Notes under the pieces: model-generated
What the model was told of the DNA's origin: nothing
The model's input: only the letters and a program-made list of their open reading frames with translations
Databases searched by the model: none
Source of the DNA: Candidatus Lokiarchaeum ossiferum
GTDB taxonomy: Archaea; Asgardarchaeota; Lokiarchaeia; Sigyniarchaeales; Promethearchaeaceae
Direction of reading: 5' to 3'
DNA length: 32,000 nucleotides
NCBI GenBank assembly: GCA_025839675.1
Contig: CP104013.1
Coordinates: 4,740,001-4,772,000 of the forward strand
Position numbers and translations under genes: made by a program
Part shown: piece after piece, positions 9,611-16,806 of the stretch
Position numbering within the stretch: position 1 is the stretch's first letter
Layout of the letters: the number at the start of each line of letters is the position of its first letter

Positions 9611-10498
9611 CTACTCCAAACCCGTCAGTTTTAATCGAAGAAAATTAAGGAAAAAGGCCATTGCAAGTATTACTGGTGCAAATAGCAACAAAAACCAGTT
9701 ATCACTCAGAATGGGATTATCACTGACCTGAATAATTACGATAATACAGCATATGATCCATCCTCCGAAAAAAATCGCTGCAAAGATGCCGTACTTATTT
9801 GCCTTTTTACTGGATATTTTATATGCCGCAACTTTTTCTTTAAATTGTGGATCATTTTGAAGACGCCTTTCCCGTTCTTGATTTAAGGCATCAATATACT
9901 TTGCTATGATTGTTTTTTTGAGTGCTCGATTTTTTTTTGCATCAAAAGGTGTCGTTTCCTGCCATTTTTTCAAGTTTGGAGTGATAGAAAACATTTTGAT
10001 CTTAATTTCGCCAATGGGGTCTTCTCCTTCTTGGTAATGACATTCTCCTGTTTGATTGATCCAAATTCCTCTAAAAACTTTCCTATATGGTAGTGTTTGC
10101 ATCAAAGTCATTAGAGTTCCCATAAACATTCCTGCCAGCAAAATGACTTCCAATCCATTAAGCTTGCCCATTGAATACATTCGGGTGGGATTGACGATTA
10201 AACCAAGCCCCCAAATGAAAAGACAAAATAAGAAAAATGAAATCCACCAAAATTTGATACTGTCATGAATACTTTTCTTTAAGCGGATCGGGTCGAAATA
10301 CATCGTATCATCGGGTAAATACCGGAAAATATCATCGGGGATCCACCCATCAAAGACAAAGACATTATTAATCGTGTTTTCCGTGGTGATAGCTGGAATT
10401 GCGGTGGCTTGAGAAAGAGCATTTTTCATTTTATATTCTTGATAAAACTCGACACATCTTTTGTGGTCTGCCTTTTTTAAAGAAAAATTGATATTCAT
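9611..10498 (-). CDS. Hypothetical membrane protein (4 predicted TM)
   Basis: ORF with ATG at 10498 (the track's TTG at 10501 is one codon upstream). TM pairs FWWISFFLFCLFIWGLGLIV / VILLAGMFMGTLMTLM and IFAAIFFGGWIICCIIVII / FLLLFAPVILAMAFFLNFL. Lies between the two acyltransferase-like paralogues. Confidence 0.55.
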   Translation of the reverse strand: MNINFSLKKADHKRCVEFYQEYKMKNALSQATAIPAITTENTINNVFVFDGWIPDDIFRYLPDDTMYFDPIRLKKSIHDSIKFWWISFFLFCLFIWGLGLIVNPTRMYSMGKLNGLEVILLAGMFMGTLMTLMQTLPYRKVFRGIWINQTGECHYQEGEDPIGEIKIKMFSITPNLKKWQETTPFDAKKNRALKKTIIAKYIDALNQERERRLQNDPQFKEKVAAYKISSKKANKYGIFAAIFFGGWIICCIIVIIQVSDNPILSDNWFLLLFAPVILAMAFFLNFLRLKLTGLE

Positions 10499-10656
10499 CA
10501 AGATTTCATAGATGATCTTCCTATTTGGATTTGAGTATGCTAAAATTTATTGTCTTGGAATGAAATATCTCCGTCATGAAAAATGAAAGGAAAAATTGGA
10601 CCTCTTGAAAGATAATAAAAAAAAAATGTGTTATTTTGACTTTCGTCGTTATATTT

Positions 10657-11931
10657 TCAATATTTTATGAAGAAAATCACGATTAACACTATTCGAGTCA
10701 AGAAGAACAATACACTTAAGCCTATGGCTCCTTTATAGATCAATTTCAAAGAAGAATTTTCTTTGACTTTGCGATAGAATCGCGATTCTGCTTCATTCCA
10801 CAACATACCTATTGAGAATGTAATTAATACATTCAGCGGGTAGAACCATAGATAATTAATTGGATTGGCATCGAATACATCAGGTACATTATCGAGGGGG
10901 TTAAACATAAACAAGAAGAACTGATAAACGATTGAGAAATAGAATATTTGTGTTAAGAGAATGTGGTAGGTTGATTTACTAATCCGTCGGACAAAATCAC
11001 TGAGTTTTCCTTGCGGATTTTCAGGAATAAATTTCATTCCCAACAAGAATAAAACAGCAGAGTATGGGAAGAAGTAGAGATGGTAATCTCCTGTCACCCA
11101 TGGTAACCAATTGCCAATAGCATTGTAGCGGAAAATATAGATAATTGAAAACAGCCCAATAATCCAGACAAATCGATTACGTTTTGATAAAATATCATGA
11201 TCAGTGGAAAACCATAATCCTAGACCAACAGCGCTGAACATTGCAAATACATGACATCCAAAGAACCCATCGGTTACTTTAGCTGGATCTCCAAAAAGCA
11301 TATCCCCATAAATAATGTCTCGTATTAAATACCAACCCAATTCAATAACAAATGTTCCAACTAACGTAATAACATCATTTTTCTTGTAGCACCAGTAGAT
11401 AATTGGGAAAATAAGGATTGTAGACATGAGTACTGGTAAAAACCACATGCCTGGGCCGTAGAATGGCGTATATCCAATAAATATGTTGAGAAAGTTCTCA
11501 TAGTAGAAGACATCTAAGGTATCAAAGACCATTGCAGATTCTAACAGATATAATATGGTGTGAACGAAATAAAGTATCAAAAACGGGACCACGTATCGTT
11601 TCATCTTGTTCTCAAAATAGGAGAGCGAATACATTTCTTTTAATTTGGTAACTCCCTTTTTATCAAAGGATTTTCCCATATTGAATCCCATGATGATCAT
11701 CAACATTGGAATCGAAATTCGTTCCCAAAAGGAAGAGCCAAAATCATGCAGAAAAGCGTGGGTAAAGGTGTGATCCATTATCACAAAGGCTATCATAAGG
11801 GCTTTCCATGCATCTACTTGAAAATAGCGCACACCCTTACGGGATTCTGTTTGAACTAAAGCAGAATCTGGTTCGGTTAAAGTTGAGTTTTCCATAAGAT
11901 CTATCACATTAGTAGGTAGACTGAAGTTCAT
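10657..11931 (-). CDS. Polytopic membrane protein, acyltransferase-3/HGSNAT-like (paralogue B)
   Basis: 424 aa. YFQVDAWKALMIAFVIMDHTFTH, FWERISIPMLMIIMGFNMGKSF, GYTPFYGPGMWFLP and STYHILLTQIFYFSIVYQFF are all shared almost verbatim with 8204-9556. Confidence 0.55.
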   Translation of the reverse strand: MNFSLPTNVIDLMENSTLTEPDSALVQTESRKGVRYFQVDAWKALMIAFVIMDHTFTHAFLHDFGSSFWERISIPMLMIIMGFNMGKSFDKKGVTKLKEMYSLSYFENKMKRYVVPFLILYFVHTILYLLESAMVFDTLDVFYYENFLNIFIGYTPFYGPGMWFLPVLMSTILIFPIIYWCYKKNDVITLVGTFVIELGWYLIRDIIYGDMLFGDPAKVTDGFFGCHVFAMFSAVGLGLWFSTDHDILSKRNRFVWIIGLFSIIYIFRYNAIGNWLPWVTGDYHLYFFPYSAVLFLLGMKFIPENPQGKLSDFVRRISKSTYHILLTQIFYFSIVYQFFLFMFNPLDNVPDVFDANPINYLWFYPLNVLITFSIGMLWNEAESRFYRKVKENSSLKLIYKGAIGLSVLFFLTRIVLIVIFFIKY

Positions 11932-12063
11932 TGAAACTAGGTCAAATCCTTTCTTAGTTTACTTTAGAGAGAGATCTTATTTAAAGAAAAATTGATCTTT
12001 AAATCGATTGTTCAGATTAATTAGCACTTGCCTTTTTAGGATGTCAAGATTTCGTCCCATCAA

Positions 12064-12480
12064 TTAATAGTCCAATGTGCAATATTCAGGGTTAATGGTA
12101 TCATGGGAAAGATCATATTTCTGACAAATTTTCTGGATCAATTCGCACGAAAACGCACCAGCAAGATGAATTGCTTCACTATGGGCTTGGATTTTTTGAA
12201 GGTCAAGGGTATCTACCAAAAATTTTTCTATAATAAAATGATGGTTGGATAGATGTGCAGCATACTCCATTCCTTGGGAAGTTAATGAGACTGGACCATA
12301 TTTCTCCCATGTTATTAGTTGAGTTTCTACTAAGCGTTTCAAAGTGGAATTGAGGGTGGAATGCTTTATTCTAACTTCCTTTTTCAAATCTCCCGGACGG
12401 ATTGGTCGTTTCCAATAAAATAAAAAATCGAGGACTCGGTGATCCTTTTCCTTCAGCAATTCACAGCTTATTTGATTCAT
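12064..12480 (-). CDS. DtxR/MntR-family metal-dependent transcriptional repressor
   Basis: 138 aa. Winged-helix part IRPGDLKKEVRIKHSTLNSTLKRLVETQLI, then the dimerisation/metal-binding part LTSQGMEYAAHLSNHHFIIEKFLVDTLDL...AHSEAIHLAGAFSCELIQKI, typical of the DtxR family. Its start overlaps the stop of the upstream binding-protein gene (ATGA at 12477-12480). Confidence 0.8.
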   Translation of the reverse strand: MNQISCELLKEKDHRVLDFLFYWKRPIRPGDLKKEVRIKHSTLNSTLKRLVETQLITWEKYGPVSLTSQGMEYAAHLSNHHFIIEKFLVDTLDLQKIQAHSEAIHLAGAFSCELIQKICQKYDLSHDTINPEYCTLDY

Positions 12481-13517
12481 GATTTTTCATGCCTTTTGAA
12501 TAAAACTACGAGTCCTATTAGCATTGATCCAAATATGATCTCTATTTGGTAACTGGGAATATTCGATGTTGAACTTGGAATTTCTTGAGGATTTACTAGT
12601 GCCCATAGGTTATATCTGATCATTTTAGCGTAAGTGTCAATCAACTCATTATTGTCTCCTGTCATGCCCAGAAGGGGTATGGCATTTACAATTTTTGCGT
12701 TCGTATCGCGAGCTAGTTGAGCCACATCCGCAACATCGAGGTTAGGTTGATTGATGATTATGGAAATATTTTGTTCTATCATAATTTGTTGAATATCTTG
12801 AATGTGTTTGGCAGAAGGCTCTGATCCTTCTTTTTCTTGAATCACAGCTACTCTTTCAATTCCAAGTAAATTGAGCAAATACATCATGGATGGGTGGTGT
12901 AGAACTACTTTTAGACCTTCAACTTGAGGTTTAAACTCGAGAATTTCTTGGTATAATGTATCCAAGGTTGCTTGATAAGCATTATACGTCGAATCTAACG
13001 CGGTTGAATCAAAATTTGAATCTATTTGGAATTCTGTATAAATATTTTCCACCATCATTTTAGCAATTATAGGGGAGGTCCAGCCATGAGGATTAATTCC
13101 TTCAAGTAATGGATCATTTTCTTCCATAGTTGCGTTCATAACAGTAATAATCTTGAGATTAGGATTATCTGCTAAAGCAACTTCCTTGAGACTCCCTTCC
13201 CAATAAGGTTCCAAATCTTCTCTTCCCATCAAGATAATGTAATCCGCTTGGATCAATTTTTGAATTTCAGTAGGATTTGGCTCGTAAGTATGAGGATCTT
13301 CATTTCCATCTACTAAGGAATATACTTCTACTTGATCTCCTGCAATTTCTTGCACAAAATCTTGAAGAATCGTAATGCTTGTGACTACTTGAATTGGATC
13401 TGCTTCGGTTGTTGAAGTTCCCATCGATAATGGGAGAGTGATAGTCATGCTTGCAAAGGTAAATAAAACAAGGATACTCATTTTTCTAAAATTATTAACA
13501 ATTTTGTGATTTTTCAT
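12477..13517 (-). CDS. Metal (Zn2+/Mn2+-type) ABC transporter substrate-binding protein, TroA/ZnuA family, with N-terminal signal/anchor and C-terminal TM anchor
   Basis: DPHTYEPNPTEIQKLIQADYIILMG, GINPHGWTSP and VVLHHPSMMYLL match conserved ZnuA/TroA blocks. There is an N-terminal hydrophobic leader and a C-terminal IEIIFGSMLIGLVVLF anchor. Adjacent to a matching permease, ATPase and regulator. Confidence 0.85.
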   Translation of the reverse strand: MKNHKIVNNFRKMSILVLFTFASMTITLPLSMGTSTTEADPIQVVTSITILQDFVQEIAGDQVEVYSLVDGNEDPHTYEPNPTEIQKLIQADYIILMGREDLEPYWEGSLKEVALADNPNLKIITVMNATMEENDPLLEGINPHGWTSPIIAKMMVENIYTEFQIDSNFDSTALDSTYNAYQATLDTLYQEILEFKPQVEGLKVVLHHPSMMYLLNLLGIERVAVIQEKEGSEPSAKHIQDIQQIMIEQNISIIINQPNLDVADVAQLARDTNAKIVNAIPLLGMTGDNNELIDTYAKMIRYNLWALVNPQEIPSSTSNIPSYQIEIIFGSMLIGLVVLFKRHEKS

Positions 13518-13559
13518 TTTTTATCTTCTCAATTAGGCAAAAATTTTAGTTGGTATGAG

Positions 13560-13577
13560 TTTACGAACTTTCGTAAA
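13560..13577. promoter_or_regulatory. Perfect palindrome TTTACGAA-CT-TTCGTAAA upstream of the binding-protein/repressor operon; candidate operator
   Basis: 8-bp arms with a 2-bp spacer, 43-60 nt upstream of the ATG at 13517. The DtxR-like repressor is encoded in the same operon. A palindrome of this size is not statistically rare in 32 kb of AT-rich DNA, so the call rests on position. Confidence 0.35.
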
Positions 13578-13639
13578 TTTTGTTCATAATCGTATTCTAA
13601 CTAAATAAGCATAAAAACATTTCTATGAAGTCATAAAAG

Positions 13640-13660
13640 CTAAAGAAAAAGAAAAAAATA
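13640..13660 (-). terminator. Oligo-T tracts (minus strand) directly after the GTPase gene stop
   Basis: The plus strand reads CTAAAGAAAAAGAAAAAAATAG, giving TTTTTTT/TTTTT runs on the minus strand 12-30 nt after the stop at 13672-13674. This suggests the GTPase gene is transcribed separately from the downstream binding-protein operon. Confidence 0.45.
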
Positions 13661-13671
13661 GAAATTTCTCA

Positions 13672-14706
13672 TCAAAAATCGTCAAAATAATACGTTTTCA
13701 CAATCTTTTCTGTCCGGAGAATTCCAATACGGATGATTTCGGAATTAATTAGCACTTTTTTGATATTTGTGGTAAAATCCTCCACTTTTTCTAGTAAAAC
13801 TGCAATATCTTTGGGGACAGCAATGGTGTTTACTCCTATGCAAAAATAGAAAGGAAACTCTTCCCCAACAGTAATAAAAAATTTCTTTGTATAAATTTGA
13901 TTGAAACCAACAGTAAACTGTGGAAATTTTCCTTCAAATCCAGAAAAATCAAATTCTTTCAAATACGCTGAGAGTGTTTTTATATTGCTTTGTAAATGGT
14001 CAGGATTGGTAAAATTTCCAATTTCAAAGAAGTTCTTAGTAAAAAGAATTCCAAAATTCAGGGCATTTTCTTTGCAGAATTGACCAATGGTTTTACAAAG
14101 TGTTTCATAAATGTCTTCATTACTCAACATAGGCTGTGTAAATGCGGAGATCACGCTTAATGGATGATGAATTGAAGTGTGAAATATAGCTGGAGGATTA
14201 TTTGCTTTTGCTTGAACTTTTGGAAGGATTTCTTCTAAAAACTCATTTTCAACCTTGGTAAAATCGACACTTCCAGAATACTCTGGATCAATTTTGTGGA
14301 AAAATAAATATAATTTGGCATTTGGGCTAAATTCAATCGCTTTTTCGAAAGTTTTAAGAAAATAAGCCATGGATTCACGTAAATTTTTGGTATCCTGACT
14401 ATCAACGATATAATAGATGTAGCGAATTCCTTCAAAATATTTTTTGGGATTATTTAAATAATTTTGTCGATACCTTTCTTGCCCTCCAAAATCCCAAATC
14501 AATAATTCTCGTCCCAAAAATTCAATACTTGTTCTTTCTACACTCTTGGTTGGAGCCAAAGACATTAATGCTTCGAATTGGTAAAGGACTGATTTAACAA
14601 TGGACGTTTTTCCAGCATTTCCAAGACCCAATATTGCTATTTTTTGGACCTTCTTTGCATCTAATTCTTTTTGCAATTCTTTCCGTTCATAATCTCGCAG
14701 AATCAA
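13672..14706 (-). CDS. Rag/Gtr-family small GTPase with fused C-terminal (roadblock-like) domain
   Basis: G1 GLGNAGKTS, G3 LIWDFGGQ, G4 HKID (the Rag-specific H in place of N), G5-like HTSIHHPLSVISAF. The block SPNAKLYLFFHKID parallels human RagA SPDAKIFCLVHKMD (recalled sequence). The total length of 344 aa, with about 150 aa after the G domain, matches the Rag architecture. There is no ATG before the P-loop, so the start is presumably TTG at 14706. Confidence 0.85.
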   Translation of the reverse strand: MILRDYERKELQKELDAKKVQKIAILGLGNAGKTSIVKSVLYQFEALMSLAPTKSVERTSIEFLGRELLIWDFGGQERYRQNYLNNPKKYFEGIRYIYYIVDSQDTKNLRESMAYFLKTFEKAIEFSPNAKLYLFFHKIDPEYSGSVDFTKVENEFLEEILPKVQAKANNPPAIFHTSIHHPLSVISAFTQPMLSNEDIYETLCKTIGQFCKENALNFGILFTKNFFEIGNFTNPDHLQSNIKTLSAYLKEFDFSGFEGKFPQFTVGFNQIYTKKFFITVGEEFPFYFCIGVNTIAVPKDIAVLLEKVEDFTTNIKKVLINSEIIRIGILRTEKIVKTYYFDDF

Positions 14707-14839
14707 GGTACTCGATCTAGCAAAAAGTGAGTTATTGATTTATATTATATCTTTGTAAATTTTTTAAAGCTAATTGGAAAGTTTTTTCTTTTGAACTAGG
14801 TAGTTTTTAAGGGTGGGCTGATTTCTTTCTAAGTAGCTT

Positions 14840-15856
14840 ATGTTGCTTGAGACATTAGGTTTTTTTGAAAGCTTAAAATATCAATATTTGCAATTTGCCT
14901 TGCTTTCTACCATTTTAGTAGGTGTAATCTGTGGAATTATTGGTGTTTTTGTAGTTCTCAAAGGTATGTCTTTTTTGGGTGCAGGGATTGCACATTCTTG
15001 TTTTGCTGGAGGTGCTTTAGCCATTTTGCTGGGGACTAATCCATTTATCACTATATTTCTTTTTGGGGAATCAGCGGCAATGATTATTGGATTTGTTAAT
15101 GATCGGGATCCCAGTGGCAAAAACGATACTGCTGTGGGGATTATGTTTAGCTTTACAATGGCTCTTGCAATATTATTTATTGGTTTAATGGAATCGTACA
15201 GTACAAACGTCCAGTCATTATTATTCGGAAATGCTCTAACCGTCCCTAAAGAAAGTATGTGGCAATTGATTATCCTTGGAGGAATCATTTTGGTGATCTT
15301 TTTTGCACTGAAGAAAGAATTTTTCTTCATAATATTTGATGAAGAAATGGCCAAAGTTTCTGGAATACCTGTTCGGTTATTGAATTACATCTTTATTGGA
15401 ATTATTGCTGGAATTGTAACTGTATCCATTCAAGCGATTGGGGCAATTTTAGTTTTTGCAATGATTGTGACTCCTGGGGCTGCCGCTCATGCTCTAACTT
15501 ATAATGTAAATAAAATGCTCGGTTTAGCATCATTATTTGGTGCTATTTCATCTTCCCTTGGGTTAATTCTGAGTTTTTATTTTGATTTACCTACTGGTTC
15601 TACAATTGTAATGGTTATCACATTCATTTATATTCTTTGCTTTACTTTTTCCCCCAAAAGAAAAGCTTACCAGCCTATAACTCAACAAGATCAGCTAGAT
15701 CATCAGAAATATTGTAAATTTTGTGTGGATGATGAATTTCGATGCCCTTATTGTGAAGATGAAAGTGAAATCTTAATTGTTGATTCTTCAGGAAAATCTC
15801 ACACTCATTCAAAATCTCTCAATTCTTCACATAATCATTCTCATCAAAAATTTTGA
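14840..15856 (+). CDS. Metal ABC transporter permease (ABC-3/ZnuB-TroC family) with a 66-aa Cys4 and His-rich C-terminal tail
   Basis: Eight or more TM helices with ABC-3-type blocks (GAGIAHSCFAGGALA, FDEEMAKVSGIPVRLLNYIF, AMIVTPGAAAHALT). The tail is KRKAYQ...CKFCVDDEFRCPYCEDE...HTHSKSLNSSHNHSHQKF. Confidence 0.9.
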   Translation: MLLETLGFFESLKYQYLQFALLSTILVGVICGIIGVFVVLKGMSFLGAGIAHSCFAGGALAILLGTNPFITIFLFGESAAMIIGFVNDRDPSGKNDTAVGIMFSFTMALAILFIGLMESYSTNVQSLLFGNALTVPKESMWQLIILGGIILVIFFALKKEFFFIIFDEEMAKVSGIPVRLLNYIFIGIIAGIVTVSIQAIGAILVFAMIVTPGAAAHALTYNVNKMLGLASLFGAISSSLGLILSFYFDLPTGSTIVMVITFIYILCFTFSPKRKAYQPITQQDQLDHQKYCKFCVDDEFRCPYCEDESEILIVDSSGKSHTHSKSLNSSHNHSHQKF

Positions 15857-15866
15857 GGTATTAAGC

Positions 15867-16634
15867 TTGGCAAAACAAGAACATAACTCCAATCAAGAAT
15901 TATCTATGAATCCCGAGGAAGAATTAATAAGGTTTGAAAATGTTAAATTGGGATATAATCAGAGACCAATATTACATGGTATTAATTTCAAAATTCGAAA
16001 AGGAGATTACATTGGAATAATCGGGCCGAATGGCTGCGGGAAATCGACATTTTTAAAAAGTATTTTAAATTTAATCGTTCCAATGGAAGGGACTATCCGA
16101 ATGCAAGGCAAAAAAATTAATCGTCAAATTCGTAATCAATTGGGATATGTTCCTCAAGATACTAAATTTAGCAAGGAATTTCCTCTTAGTGTGTCTGAAG
16201 CCGTTTTACAGGGACGTTATGGGATCATTGGTATTTTGAAGAGGCCGAAAAAAGAAGATTTTGAAGCCGTCCGTCTTGCATTGCATAAGGTACATATGGG
16301 GAAGTATGCAAAACGGCCTATTGGGCATCTTTCAGGTGGTGAGCAACAAAAAGTTATGATTGCACGAGCTCTTGCTCGGAATCCTGATATCATTCTTATG
16401 GATGAACCTACCAGTGCTTTGGATTATCAAATGACTCAAAGTGTATTTACTTTGATTGAAGAATTACATGATAAGTATGGTTTAACTGTATTAATGGTTC
16501 ACCATGATATCACCCTCATACGAAAACATGCGCGAAGATTAGTTGTTCTTGATGGAACAATTCGTTATGATGGATCTCCAAATACACCAATTGCAGATGA
16601 AATTATTGCCACTGCATACAATGTGAGTAAATAA
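15867..16634 (+). CDS. Metal ABC transporter ATP-binding protein (ZnuC/TroB-like)
   Basis: Walker A GPNGCGKST, signature LSGGEQQKVMIARAL, Walker [14 protein letters not shown]-loop HH. Start uncertain: either TTG at 15867, 7 nt after GAGGT at 15855-15859, or ATG at 15906. The track's start at 15777 lies inside the permease tail and is unlikely. Confidence 0.9.
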   Translation: MAKQEHNSNQELSMNPEEELIRFENVKLGYNQRPILHGINFKIRKGDYIGIIGPNGCGKSTFLKSILNLIVPMEGTIRMQGKKINRQIRNQLGYVPQDTKFSKEFPLSVSEAVLQGRYGIIGILKRPKKEDFEAVRLALHKVHMGKYAKRPIGHLSGGEQQKVMIARALARNPDIILMDEPTSALDYQMTQSVFTLIEELHDKYGLTVLMVHHDITLIRKHARRLVVLDGTIRYDGSPNTPIADEIIATAYNVSK

Positions 16635-16680
16635 TTTTTTCATTTTCATTTTCTTTTGATTTAATTGAGTTAATTAAATC
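16635..16680 (+). terminator. T-rich tract plus a 9-bp-stem hairpin after the ATPase gene
   Basis: TTTTTTCATTTTCATTTTCTTTT at 16635-16657, then GATTTAATT-gagtt-AATTAAATC at 16658-16680. Confidence 0.45.
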
Positions 16681-16806
16681 AAAATAAATAAATCCCAAAT
16701 TAACCTTTCGCTGGATGTTTTGGAGAGAATTTACTCTGATAAGAAATTTGCTTTTCATTTAACCAAGTTCAAATTTTTTTAAAAAGAAACGTCTAATGAT
16801 ATATCT

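Noticed and set aside
14881-15354. 157-aa minus-strand ORF
   Set aside because: It lies entirely antisense to the strongly supported ABC-3 permease gene and is a shadow ORF.
15777-15866. Upstream 30-43 codons of the track ORF for the ABC ATPase
   Set aside because: This stretch overlaps the permease's Cys/His tail in another frame and encodes an implausible hydrophobic leader. TTG at 15867 (with GAGGT upstream) or ATG at 15906 are better starts.
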